A stretch of 64,000 bases of DNA, taken from NCBI GenBank assembly GCA_963422665.1, contig OY730441.1, positions 715,411-779,410 on the forward strand, written 5' to 3'. This DNA comes from Alphaproteobacteria bacterium. Its GTDB lineage: Bacteria > Pseudomonadota > Alphaproteobacteria > Bin95. Position numbers and translations under genes: made by a program. Positions 21,124-30,974 of the stretch are shown piece by piece (position 1 is the stretch's first letter; every line of letters begins with the position of its first letter). Below the pieces are notes generated by a model. It had not been told where the DNA came from. It did not search any database and worked only from the letters and a program-made list of their open reading frames with translations.

Positions 21124-21470
21124 ATGATGCCGGAGGTGACGATGACCCTTGCCGCCGCAGCGGGCATGTTCGTCGCCCTGGGCGGGCTGATCGTCGGCCT
21201 GTTCCTCTGGCTGCGCTCCGACATGCAGCGCCTGCGCGGCGAATTGAGAGGCGATATCGGAGCAGTCGAGGAGAGGTTGCGCAACAACATCAAGGCAGTC
21301 GGGACGAGATTGCGCGACGATATCAGGGCGGTCGACCGCAAGGTGGACGATCTGGGCGAGCGCGTTACGCAGCTCGGCGGACGAGTGGCGCGGGTGGATT
21401 GGGGAAGCTGGAGTTTCTGAAAGACTTCATTACCCGACGGAACGACCTGCCTCCGGCCCCGGCCGAATAG
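21124..21470 (+). CDS. small membrane-anchored coiled-coil protein (paralog C), with an apparent 1-nt deletion in an A-run near 21405
   Basis: MMPEVTMTLAAAAGMFVALGGLIVGLFLWLRSDMQRLRGEL... is 70% identical to paralog D. The reading ends WGSWSF*, but the +1 frame continues KLEFLKDFITRRNDLPPAPAE*, matching D's C-terminus. Confidence 0.55.
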
Positions 21471-21472
21471 CG

Positions 21473-21535
21473 GCCCCGCCCTTTGCGGAAAGCGCGCGCG
21501 CGCATGTGCGAGCGCACACTCGCGGTTTACGGGGA
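21473..21535. repeat. orphan copy of the GT4 3' end, downstream of cassette C
   Basis: gccccgccctttgcggaaagcgcgcgcgcgcatgtgcgagcgcacactcgcggtttacgggga. Confidence 0.8.
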
Positions 21536-21610
21536 ACCGCCGGCGGAAGGCCTTGACCGGGCCTGTCCCCTGGGGCCATCGTAAGGGCCGCGCCGGACGG
21601 AGAGCATTCC

Positions 21611-22011
21611 ATGGTCGCCGACATCTGGACCGTTATTGGAGCTGCAATTGCGCTCGCGGCCACCAATGTCGGCCTGTTCGCCTGGTTGCGCGCCGACATC
21701 GGCCAATTACGCGCCGAGGTCGGCGAATTGCGTGTGCAGACAGCGGCCCAGTTGGAGGAGTTGCGCGCACAGACGGCGGCGAAATTCGAGGAGGCGCGCG
21801 TGCAGACTGACGCGCTGGGAGCGGAGACAACGGCGAAATTCGAGGAAGCGCGCGCGCAGACGGCGGCCCGGATCAAGGAATTGGGCGGCCAGTCCGCGGA
21901 ACAATTTGCGGCGACGAGCGCCCAGATCGGGCAGTTGCGCGAGCGCATGGCTCATCTCGAGGGCCTCCTCGAAGGGCTGCGCGAGGCTATCGCCGGGCCC
22001 GGGCGGCATGA
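21611..22011 (+). CDS. small membrane-anchored coiled-coil repeat protein (paralog E); the 3' end is uncertain
   Basis: MVADIWTVIGAAIALAATNVGLFAWLRADIGQLRAEVGEL... has 11-aa repeats (ELRAQTAAKFEEARVQTDALGAETTAKFEEARAQTAAR). Its C-terminus LEGLLEGLREAIAG matches paralog A. As given, the frame runs on into the GT2 gene without a stop. One extra G in the run at 21996..21998 would give AIAGARAA*, with the TGA overlapping the GT2 ATG. Confidence 0.5.
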
Positions 22012-22869
22012 CGGAGCGGGAGCGCCCTCACGTCTCCTGCTACATCCGCACCCTCAACGAGGAGACGCGGATCGCGGCCGCCGTCCGCGCCGCCCTGCCG
22101 GTGGCGTGCGAGGTGATCGTGGTCGATCCCGGCTCCATCGACGGCACGGCGGCTGCGGCCGAAGCGGCAGGCGCGCGGGTCGTGGTTTTCGAGGCCGCCG
22201 GATTCAGGGGGGAGGGGTCAGAAGCGCGCCGGCGAGGACGCCTGCCGGCATGACTGGCTTCTGGACCTCGATGCGGACGAGATCGTCAGCGCGGCGCTGG
22301 CGCGCGACATCCGGGCGCTGTTCGCCGCCGGGGAGCCGGATGCGGCCGTTTACCGGATCAGCCTGGTCACGGTCGATCCCTCCGGGCGCATCTGGCGCCG
22401 GTCCCGCAGCCCGCGCCGCGCCAAGCTCTACGACCGCCGCCGGGTGCGGATGCCGGACGACGGCGCCTGGGACCAGCTTCGCCTTCCGGCCGGAATCGCA
22501 GTCGGCGGCCCCCTTGGACCGCTGCTGCATTACGCCTTCGACGACATCGCCCATCTCGCCCGGAAACAGGCGCGCGCGAAGGTCCGGCGCGTCCGCCATC
22601 TCGGCCGCGCCAGGCGGTTGCCGACCGCGGCCCGGGTGTGGTTCGGCTTGCCGTTCTGGTTCCTCAAGCGCTATGTCCTGCGCGGCTTCTGGCGCGAAGG
22701 CGGCTACGGTTTCCTCTGCGCGCTCGCGGCTGCCTACAGCCACTGGCTGCGCTACGCCGTGCTCCACGAACGCCAGTCGCTGCGGCGCACCGGAAGCGAC
22801 CGGGAAGACACCGACCGCCCGGCCCGGCACGGCCCATGGCTGAAACCGGAGCGAATATCGTCACCCTGA
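22008..22869 (+). pseudogene. glycosyltransferase family 2, frameshifted in a G-run at 22207..22217
   Basis: The N-terminus is MTERERPHVSCYIRTLNEE...VIVVDPGSIDGT (frame a). It continues in frame c as QKRAGEDACRHDWLLDLDADE...LHYAFDDIAHLARKQ. The frames join only if gagggg is read as gaggg. Confidence 0.7.
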
Positions 22870-23612
22870 AATGGGGCGACCGTTACGGCCCACATTTTGT
22901 CAACCGGCTTTACAGGGGCGTCAGCATCAATCTAATGAGGAATTTTCGTTTCCTTTGCTTTACGGACGACCCGATCGGGCTGCGGCCGGAAATCGAACCC
23001 TATCCGCTGCCCCGGATCGATCTGCCAGACGAATTCGCGCGGTCGGCATGGCTGAAACTGGGCCTCTTCGGAAACGGCACCGGGGATATGGAGGGAGATT
23101 GCATGTTTCTCGATCTCGACCTCCTGATTACAGGGGGTATCGACTGTTTCTTCGACTACATGCCCGGCAGGAAATGTATCATCCATAACTGGGTCCAGAA
23201 GCATCAGGTTTTCAAGAAGCGGCCTGATGTGGGCAATTCGTCTGTCTTCCGCTGGACCGCAAATACGACACATTACATTGTTGATAAATTCCAATCCGAG
23301 CGGGACTGGGCAATACGGAAGTTTCGCCCCCCGCAAACCTATCTCACCTACAGTCTTGGAGAAAAATACTGGTGGCCCGACGATTGGGTCCGCAGCTTCA
23401 AGCGTCATGCAACGCCAGCATTTCCCTGCAATCTCCTGTTCCCGCCGAAACTTCCGCCCGGAACGCGCATCCTGGTCTTTCACGGCCGCCCCGACCCCGA
23501 CGAGGCGCTGAACGGCCATAGGGCGGCGAGGTTGCACCGGCGCACGCAGCCGGCGCCTTGGATCTCAGATCATTGGCATGACGGGCCGGAAGGAGGATCG
23601 CGGGCGGCATGA
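22836..23612 (+). CDS. putative DXD-motif glycosyltransferase (family uncertain)
   Basis: 258 aa (MAETGANIVTLKWGDRYGPHFVNRLY...CMFLDLDLLITGG). It overlaps the end of the GT2 gene. Confidence 0.45.
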   Translation: MAETGANIVTLKWGDRYGPHFVNRLYRGVSINLMRNFRFLCFTDDPIGLRPEIEPYPLPRIDLPDEFARSAWLKLGLFGNGTGDMEGDCMFLDLDLLITGGIDCFFDYMPGRKCIIHNWVQKHQVFKKRPDVGNSSVFRWTANTTHYIVDKFQSERDWAIRKFRPPQTYLTYSLGEKYWWPDDWVRSFKRHATPAFPCNLLFPPKLPPGTRILVFHGRPDPDEALNGHRAARLHRRTQPAPWISDHWHDGPEGGSRAA

Positions 23613-24337
23613 TCCGAAAGCTGAAGCGAGCGTGCGGCATTCGTTTCTCGACCAAGGCGTTCGCTCGGAATCCCGGCATCCATCTCCGGCAAACGGTCAG
23701 GGGGTTCCGGAGCTTGCGCGACCTGCTCGACGATCTTGCGGACCAACGCCGGATCGTCGTTGTCCAGGTCGGCGCCAATGACGGCGACGATACGCTCGGC
23801 GACCTGATCCGGGACAGGCCGGATCGGATTGCAAACGCCCTGTTGATCGAACCGCAACGGGCCGCGTTCGACCGTCTGGCCGGGCGCACGGAAGGCTGCG
23901 GGGCGGTTGTCTGCCTGAACGCAGCCATCGACCGGCTAGCCGGCGAGCGGATGCTTTATTCGGTCAGGCAGTGCAATCGCGAACGGCTGGGCGACGGCAT
24001 CGCATCCTTCGAGCGCCAGCACGTCGAAAGCGAAATACGGCACGCAACGAAGACAGGCTCCGACATTGAAATTGCAGCCCTGATTGCAGTTGAAACGGTG
24101 CAGGCTGTAACGCTGGAGAACGCTGCCGCTACGGCGGGCATCGGCCGGCCGGATGCGCTTATGGTCGATGCTGAAGGGTTCGACGCGGAAATCGTCCGAA
24201 TGGCGCTTGAGGCCGGATGGCTGCCGACCGTCATCCAGTACGAGCACAAACACCTGACGCAGGACGACCGCCGCAAGCTGTCCAAGGCGTTGACTCAGCG
24301 CGGCTACTGTTTGTGGGCCGACCATGCGGATGTCTGA
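23609..24337 (+). CDS. FkbM-family SAM-dependent methyltransferase
   Basis: VVVQVGANDGDDTLGDLI is the FkbM-type motif. 242 aa. Confidence 0.75.
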   Translation: MIRKLKRACGIRFSTKAFARNPGIHLRQTVRGFRSLRDLLDDLADQRRIVVVQVGANDGDDTLGDLIRDRPDRIANALLIEPQRAAFDRLAGRTEGCGAVVCLNAAIDRLAGERMLYSVRQCNRERLGDGIASFERQHVESEIRHATKTGSDIEIAALIAVETVQAVTLENAAATAGIGRPDALMVDAEGFDAEIVRMALEAGWLPTVIQYEHKHLTQDDRRKLSKALTQRGYCLWADHADV

Positions 24338-24396
24338 GGTTATCGCGTCAGCGGGTTGCGCAGCGGCGCACGATTACGAAGGCCCGCGCGCTTCGG

Positions 24397-25011
24397 ATGA
24401 ACGCAGGAGACCTGCTTCCGGAATCCCGGCTCTGCCTTGCCGGGCGCGAACCTTTCGCAAGGGGCGGTTTCCGGCATTGCTATGTCCACCCCGAAGACTC
24501 CGATTTGTGCGTGAAGGTGCCTGCGCGCCCCGATGACGCGCGCTGCCATGCCGAGCAGCTAAGAGACCTCCTGGACAGCCGGCGGTTGAGGAAATGCGGC
24601 CCGAATGCGGTATTCGACCGTCTCTCCCTCGTGGAAGGGGTCGTCGCGACCGACCTCGGCGCCGGCATCGTCTCGAGATTGTGCCGCGACGCGGACGGTC
24701 GAATATCCGGGAACCTCGCCGAACTGATCCGGTCGCGCGGCCTGACGCCTGCGCTGGTCGAGGCAATGGACGAGTTGAAGGCGTGGCTGCGCGACCGGCG
24801 TCTGCTGACCCGGGATACCGGGCCTCACAATATCGTCGCCATGCGCCGGGGCGAGGAAGAATGGAAGTTGATGATCGTCGAAGGCTGGATCCACCGCAGA
24901 TACGGTTGGCTGGCCCGGCGCAGCCGCTTCGTCACTGACCGCATGATCGACCGCCAATTGCGCAAATTCGACCGGCGCGTCGCAAAGCTGGCCGAACGGA
25001 AGCCGGCCTGA
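24397..25011 (+). CDS. YrbL-like (PhoP-regulatory-network, kinase-fold) protein
   Basis: LAGREPFARGGFRHCYVHPEDSDLCVKV matches the YrbL N-terminal signature (G.ER.CY.HP...C.K). Confidence 0.55.
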   Translation: MNAGDLLPESRLCLAGREPFARGGFRHCYVHPEDSDLCVKVPARPDDARCHAEQLRDLLDSRRLRKCGPNAVFDRLSLVEGVVATDLGAGIVSRLCRDADGRISGNLAELIRSRGLTPALVEAMDELKAWLRDRRLLTRDTGPHNIVAMRRGEEEWKLMIVEGWIHRRYGWLARRSRFVTDRMIDRQLRKFDRRVAKLAERKPA

Positions 25012-25348
25012 CATGCGCCGGCCTCCCGCAACTCGGCCGGGCAAACCGGCCGACAGCCGACCCGGCGACCATTACGGCATGACTTGGCGGTTCAGCCGGC
25101 GCCGGCGGAACGGGCGGTAACGGAGCCGCGGCGAGGGCGCGTCTGTTATTGAATCGGTCGGTTCATTTGCCGCCCGGCCGGAATCTGCGCGCGCAGCTCC
25201 CCTGTCCGCCGCGAGGGCGGGCGCCTCCCGAAAAACAGCCTTTCCAGCGGCCGAACGGCCTTCCGGCTCAAGTCATGCTCTCACACTCTCATGCGCCCGA
25301 AACGGGAATATGGTCATGGCGAATACGGATTTCAATCCCATTCGGGGA

Positions 25349-25762
25349 TTAATCGCCGCCGGGGGACGGGCCGGCCCCCGGAACGGGCCGATTTCGGATC
25401 CGGAGGCGGCGGCGGCCCCTTTTCCGCTTGACGCCGTGGCGTTTGAGGAAGCGCTGGAGCACGCCGTAGCCGAAGTCGAGGCCGCGCGCCCCCAGCGCTG
25501 CCTGCAACGCCCTGACGCTCAGGTCCGGCCTCTCTTCCATAAGGCCGAGAATCGTGTCGCGCTCCGCCTCGACCCGCCCGGAGCGGAAGTCGCCGCCAAG
25601 CGGCAGCGGCTGCACATGGCCCTGCCCGCGCTCCAATTTGCGCCAGTTGGAGATGACGCCGATGCTGACATCGAACAGCCGCGCGGCCTCGCGAAAGGTC
25701 ATCCCCTTGCGTATCGCCGCCAGAACCCGGACCCGCAACTCGACAGGAAGCACTTTGGGCAT
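25349..25762 (-). mobile_element. IS630-family transposase fragment, N-terminal HTH portion only
   Basis: 138 aa (MPKVLPVELRVRVLAAIRKGMTFREAARLFDVSIGVISNWRK...). It lacks the DDE catalytic domain. It sits at the distal end of the glycosyltransferase cluster. Confidence 0.7.
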
Positions 25763-26098
25763 ATCCGCCGGACCTCCCTCGCCGACGAATGCCCGTATGG
25801 CACAAATAAAGAACAAATGAAACCAGCCCGGACCGCGGTGGCGCTCCAGTTTGACATTATCGGGCAGGCGCCAACGAGCAAGGGGCCGGAGCGACGAAAA
25901 GGCGGGAACCAGCGCATGAATTCGGCGGTCCGGATCCATGTGGTCAATCTGGAGGAGGAGACGGAGCGGATGGCCGCCATGACGAGGCGGCTTGTGGCCT
26001 CGACTTGCCGTTTCAGCGCTTCCCCGCCTGGCGCGGCCGGCGGGTCCCGGATGTGCTACAAGGGGCACACTGGCGGGATCGGAAGGACCGGAGAGGCC

Positions 26099-26431
26099 AT
26101 GACGCCGGAGATGATGACGACGCTTGCCGCCGCGGCGGGCATGTTCGTGGCCTTGGGTGGGTTGATCGTCAGCCTGTTCCTCTGGCTGCGCTCCGACATG
26201 CACCGCATGCGCGACGAACTGAAGAGCGATATCGGAGCAGTCGAGACGAGGCTGCGCAGCGAAATCAAGGTCGTGGACGGCAAAGTGGACGCTCTCGGCG
26301 AATGCGTCACGCGGCTCGGCGAACGCGTCACGCAGCTCGGCGAACGGATGGCGCGGGTCGAGGGAAAACTGGAGTTCCTCAAGGACTTCATTACCCGGCG
26401 GAACGACCTGTCGGGCGCGCCGGCCGAATAG
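26099..26431 (+). CDS. small membrane-anchored coiled-coil repeat protein (paralog D, intact)
   Basis: 110 aa (MTPEMMTTLAAAAGMFVALGGLIVSLFLWLRSDMHRMRDEL...LGECVTRLGERVTQLGERMARVEGKLEFLKDFITRRNDLSGAPAE). It contains 21-bp tandem units. It has the same upstream element as C. Confidence 0.6.
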   Translation: MTPEMMTTLAAAAGMFVALGGLIVSLFLWLRSDMHRMRDELKSDIGAVETRLRSEIKVVDGKVDALGECVTRLGERVTQLGERMARVEGKLEFLKDFITRRNDLSGAPAE

Positions 26432-26677
26432 CGGCTGGCGGACTCCATCGCGTTGACGGCATCCGGCCCGGAAGCGGCTCCCCCGATCTGCTGCTGCATC
26501 CGGCCCGGCATATTTTCGGCGGCGTCGTAACCGGAATCCTCTCTCTTTCGCGTCGGCCTCGCTGCGACGGCTTGCGCAACCCGTTGACGCCGGCCCCCGA
26601 GGAAGGCAGGCTCCTCTCTTGTGCGGCTTTCGGACGCGCGCGCGACGAACGCCGAAGACAAGGGAGGAGAACCTTCG

Positions 26678-27787
26678 ATGACAGGATTGAAACGGTTTGC
26701 GGTCTGGTGCTTGGCATTGCTTGCCGGCGGGCTGGTCGCTGTCGCGCCGGCGCGGGATACGCAGGCGCAGGAAATCAAGCTGCAGTTCCAGACGGCGTTC
26801 CCGTCTTCGTTCTACACCCATAACAGTTTCCTGCATTTCGCAGAGCGCGTGAAAGCGATGTCCAACGGGCGCGTCGAGATCGTCGTCCAGCCCGGCGGCG
26901 CGATCGTGCCCTCGTTCGAGCTGCTCGATGCCACGGCCCGCAAGGTGCTGGACGGCGGTTTCTCGGCGGCGGCCTATTATGTCGGCAAGAACCGCGCCGC
27001 CGCGCTGTTCGGCCCGGCGCCGGGCGGCCCGTGGGGCTTCGACTGGATCGACTATATCGGCTGGGTCTATGACGGCGGCGGCCTGGAACTCCACAACCGG
27101 TTCTTCCAGGAGATTCTCGACCGCGATGTCGTCGTGTTCCCGATCTCGCCGGTCGGCAATCAGCCGCTCGGCTGGTTCAACCGCGAACTGAAGGACTGGG
27201 AAGACCTCGCCACGATCAAGTGCCGCGCGACCGGCATCACCGGCGAAGTCATGTCGAAGTCGGGCATGAAGACCGTCAACATGTCCGGCGGCGAAATCCT
27301 TCCCGCCGTCGAGCGCGGCATCATCGACTGCGCCGAATGGGCCGGTCCTGCCGCCGATATCGACATGGGCTTCTACCAGATCCTGAAGCACTATTACCTG
27401 CCGTCCGCGCATGAGCCGGCCACGCTGCTCGAGCTCATCGTCAACGGCGAGGTATGGCGTTCGCTGCCGACGGATATCCAGGAGATCATGAAATCGGCGA
27501 GCTGGGAAGCGACGCTCTGGCAACAGCTCCAGACGCACAGGCTCAACGCCATCGCGATCAAGAAGCTGCGCGACGCCGGCGTCAAGTTCCACAAGACGCC
27601 GGACAGCATCCTCGACGGCCAGATGAGGGCCTGGGAGGAAATCCGCGACCAGGCGGTCAAGGACAATCCCTTCTTCGCCGAGGTGCTGGAGTCGCAACGT
27701 AAATATGCCGAGCAGGTGGTGCCGGGGCGCGTATTCTCCCAGGTCGATTACGACTGGCTGGCGAATTACTACTGGCCCCAGAACTAA
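26678..27787 (+). CDS. TRAP transporter substrate-binding protein (DctP/COG4663-like)
   Basis: It has a signal peptide and a C-terminal ...NYYWPQN. Confidence 0.8.
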   Translation: MTGLKRFAVWCLALLAGGLVAVAPARDTQAQEIKLQFQTAFPSSFYTHNSFLHFAERVKAMSNGRVEIVVQPGGAIVPSFELLDATARKVLDGGFSAAAYYVGKNRAAALFGPAPGGPWGFDWIDYIGWVYDGGGLELHNRFFQEILDRDVVVFPISPVGNQPLGWFNRELKDWEDLATIKCRATGITGEVMSKSGMKTVNMSGGEILPAVERGIIDCAEWAGPAADIDMGFYQILKHYYLPSAHEPATLLELIVNGEVWRSLPTDIQEIMKSASWEATLWQQLQTHRLNAIAIKKLRDAGVKFHKTPDSILDGQMRAWEEIRDQAVKDNPFFAEVLESQRKYAEQVVPGRVFSQVDYDWLANYYWPQN

Positions 27788-27886
27788 CAGCGACAACCCG
27801 ACAGGCTGCCTGCCTTCCGCTCCGTGCGGGAGGCAGGCTTTCCTGTCCGGTCGGACCCGTAGACGATCCCGCATGGAGGCAGCCCC

Positions 27887-28930
27887 ATGAAGGCCGTGGT
27901 GTTTCTAGGCGACCGCCAGCTCGAACTCGCGGAGTTTCCCGATCCCGTTCCCGGCCCCGGCGAGGCGGTGATCGAGATCAAGGCTTCGGGCATGTGCGGC
28001 AGCGACCTCAAGATGTATCGGGCCAGAGGCGGCGCGGCGGCGCTCGGGCTCGGCGGTCCGGGCGGCCCGGTGATCGCGGGGCACGAGCCCTGCGGCGTCG
28101 TGGCGGCCGTCGGCGACGGCGTGCCGGAAGCCCTCGCCAGGGTCGGCGACCGCGTCATGGACCACCATTATGACGGTTGCGGCGTCTGCAAGCATTGCCG
28201 GCAGGGCTGGTCGCAGATGTGCCTCGAAGGGACCACCGTGTTCGGCGCGACGGGGCACGGCGCGCATGCCGCCTACATGAAGGCGCCGGCGCATACGCTG
28301 GTGAAGCTGCCGGATGAGCTTTCCTACAAGACCGGCGCCGCGATTTCCTGCGGCACCGGAACCGCCTACGGCGCGTTGAAGCGCCTCGCGCTCGCGGGCG
28401 ACGAGACCATTGCGATTTTCGGCCAGGGGCCCGTGGGCCTGAGCGCCACGCAACTCGCCAAGGCCATGGGCGCGCGCGTGATCGCGCTCGACATCGGCGA
28501 GGAGCGGCGCGGCCTCGCGCGCCGGTTCGGCGCCGACGAGGTCGTCGATCCGCGCTCCAACGATGTCGTCCAGGCGATCCGGGACCTGACCGACGGCGAA
28601 GGCGCGCAGAAGTCGCTCGATTGCAGTTCCAGTTCGGAGGCGCGCCGCGACGCCGTGCGCTGCGTGCGAAGCTGGGGCACGGCCTGTTTCGTCGGCGAAG
28701 GCGGCGATGTCACCATCGACGTCTCGAACGACATGCTCCGCCGGCAGGTGACGGTGGCGGGCTCCTGGACTTTCTCCAAGAACGGCCAGGCCGAATGCGC
28801 GCGCTTCGTCGCCGAGCGCAAGATCGACGTGGACGCCCTGTTCACGCACGAGTTCGCGCTCGACGGGGCGGACGAGGCCTACAAGCTCTTCGATACCCAG
28901 ACGACCGGCAAGGGCGTATTCCTGATGTGA
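27887..28930 (+). CDS. zinc-dependent alcohol dehydrogenase (MDR superfamily)
   Basis: GHEPCG has the catalytic Zn ligands and CGVCKHCRQGWSQMC the structural-Zn ligands. The Rossmann motif is GQGPVG. Confidence 0.85.
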   Translation: MKAVVFLGDRQLELAEFPDPVPGPGEAVIEIKASGMCGSDLKMYRARGGAAALGLGGPGGPVIAGHEPCGVVAAVGDGVPEALARVGDRVMDHHYDGCGVCKHCRQGWSQMCLEGTTVFGATGHGAHAAYMKAPAHTLVKLPDELSYKTGAAISCGTGTAYGALKRLALAGDETIAIFGQGPVGLSATQLAKAMGARVIALDIGEERRGLARRFGADEVVDPRSNDVVQAIRDLTDGEGAQKSLDCSSSSEARRDAVRCVRSWGTACFVGEGGDVTIDVSNDMLRRQVTVAGSWTFSKNGQAECARFVAERKIDVDALFTHEFALDGADEAYKLFDTQTTGKGVFLM

Positions 28931-28989
28931 CGGCCGACGCCGGAACCGTCGGCGCGGGTTTCGTTGATTCGAGAGGGAACGAGGCTGCG

Positions 28990-29556
28990 ATGAACGAAAC
29001 GGTTGAACTGTGGATGCGCCGCACCGTCGGATTCGTCGACGCCGTGTCGGACTGGATCGGCGGCTGGATCTTCGCCTTGCTGGCGCTGCCGCTGCTCTAT
29101 GTCGTCTGCCATGAGGTGATCTCCCGATACGTGTTCGACGCTCCGACCATCTGGGCCTACGAGTTCACCTACATGCTCTACGGCGCCTTCTTCATGCTGG
29201 GCGCCGGCTACACCCTGCTCAAGGGCGGCCATGTCCGCACGGACATCTTCTACAACAACTGGTCGTTCCGCACGCGCGGCGCCATCGACACGACCCTCTA
29301 TGTCGTCGCCTTCTTCCCCGGCATGATCTTCTTCTTCGTCGTCGGCTGGGAGGAGCTGCTCCACGCCTACAAGACGGCCGAGCGTTCGGATGTCACCCCG
29401 TGGGGGCCGTCGATCGTGCCCTTCAAGGCGACGATCCCGGCCTCGGCGGCGCTGCTCCTGTTCCAGGGCGTGTCCGAGCTCTGCAAGAGCATCTACGCCA
29501 TGGTGGAAAACAAGCCGCTCCTCGAGGGTGCAGAGCCGATAGGGAGCGAGGTATGA
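28990..29556 (+). CDS. TRAP transporter small permease (DctQ-like)
   Basis: 188 aa with four predicted TM helices. It lies immediately upstream of and overlaps the large permease. Confidence 0.78.
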   Translation: MNETVELWMRRTVGFVDAVSDWIGGWIFALLALPLLYVVCHEVISRYVFDAPTIWAYEFTYMLYGAFFMLGAGYTLLKGGHVRTDIFYNNWSFRTRGAIDTTLYVVAFFPGMIFFFVVGWEELLHAYKTAERSDVTPWGPSIVPFKATIPASAALLLFQGVSELCKSIYAMVENKPLLEGAEPIGSEV

Positions 29557-30872
29557 GCCCGGACATTCTCGGCCTGGTCCTGCTTTGCTCGCTCATCGCA
29601 GGCATCTTCGTCGGCTTCCCGATCGCCTTCACGCTGATTATCCTGGCCACGGCCTTCGGCTACGCCGTTTTCGGCGACTCGGTCTTCTACCAGATGTACT
29701 TCCAGACCCTGGGCATCATGAAGGAGGGCACGCTGGCCGCTGGGCCGCTGTTCATCTTCATGGGCCACATTCTGGAACGCGCCGGGTTGATGGCGCGGCT
29801 CTTCCGATCGTTCCAGTTCATCCTGGCGCCGGTGCGCGGCTCGCTCTATCTGGGCGTGCTGGGCACCGCCACGCTCTTCGCCACGGCGACCGGCATCATC
29901 GGCGCCTCGATCACCGTCATGGGCATGATGGCGGCGCCGGCCATGGGTCGCGCCGGCTACGACCCGCGCATGTCCGCAGGCGTCATCGCCGCCGGCGGCT
30001 GCCTCGGCATCCTCATCCCGCCGAGCGTCATGCTGCTGGTGATGGGGCCGGTCATCGGCGTCTCGGTGATCGACCTGTTCGCCGCCGCGCTCATTCCCGG
30101 CCTGATCCTCGCCGCTCTCTATGTCAGCTATGCGATGATACGGTCCTTCATGAACCCGGAGCTCGGGCCGCCCCTGCCTCCCGAGGACCGCGCCAATTCC
30201 ATGGGCGAAATCGTCCGCGAGTTCTTCTCCGGCATCGTGCCGCTCGCCGTCATCATGTTCTCGGCGCTGGGCAGCATCATCGTCGGCATCGCGACGCCGA
30301 CCGAGGCCGCCGGCATGGGCGCGCTCGGCGCAACGCTGCTGACCGTGGCCTATCGGCGGCTCACTTGGCGAACCCTGCTGGAAGCCTGCCGGCACACACT
30401 CACGACGTCGAGCCTGGTGCTGTTCCTCGCCGTCGCCTCCAACATCTACGGTGCGGTGTTCACCCGGCTCGGCACGGGCAACCTGCTGACCGACTTCATG
30501 CTTTCGCTGCCCGTGGAACCGCTTTTCCTGCTCGCCATCCTGATGGTGGTCATCTTCATTCTCGGGTGGCCGCTCGAATGGCCGGCGGTGGTGTTCATCT
30601 TCCTGCCGGTCTTCGTGCCTGTGGTGCAAAAGCTCAACTTCGACCTGGTCTGGTTCAGCACGCTCGTGGCCGTCAACCTGCAGACGGCGTTCCTGTCGCC
30701 GCCCGTTGCGATGGCAGCATATTATTTGCGCGCCGTGGCGCCGCACTGGTCGCTCGGGGATATTTACCGCGGCATGGCGGCGTTCATGATGCTACAGGTG
30801 GTCGGCCTGATGATCGTGTTCTTCTTCCCCGGAACCGCGACCTGGCTGCCGAGCGTCCTGTTCGACCGCTGA
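29553..30872 (+). CDS. TRAP transporter large permease (DctM-like)
   Basis: 439 aa, highly hydrophobic (MSPDILGLVLLCSLIAGIFVGFPIAFTLIIL...). Confidence 0.85.
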   Translation: MSPDILGLVLLCSLIAGIFVGFPIAFTLIILATAFGYAVFGDSVFYQMYFQTLGIMKEGTLAAGPLFIFMGHILERAGLMARLFRSFQFILAPVRGSLYLGVLGTATLFATATGIIGASITVMGMMAAPAMGRAGYDPRMSAGVIAAGGCLGILIPPSVMLLVMGPVIGVSVIDLFAAALIPGLILAALYVSYAMIRSFMNPELGPPLPPEDRANSMGEIVREFFSGIVPLAVIMFSALGSIIVGIATPTEAAGMGALGATLLTVAYRRLTWRTLLEACRHTLTTSSLVLFLAVASNIYGAVFTRLGTGNLLTDFMLSLPVEPLFLLAILMVVIFILGWPLEWPAVVFIFLPVFVPVVQKLNFDLVWFSTLVAVNLQTAFLSPPVAMAAYYLRAVAPHWSLGDIYRGMAAFMMLQVVGLMIVFFFPGTATWLPSVLFDR

Positions 30873-30974
30873 CCTGCTGACCGTTCGCCCTGCCCTGCCC
30901 CGCCCCGATGCGCTTGCGCCGGGGCGGAGCGGCGGCAATACTCGGCTGCGGACGAGAAGCAAGCGGGAAGACCC

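Noticed and set aside
25349-25762. A complete IS630 element
   Set aside because: Only the N-terminal HTH third of the transposase is present. There is no DDE domain, and I found no terminal inverted repeats.
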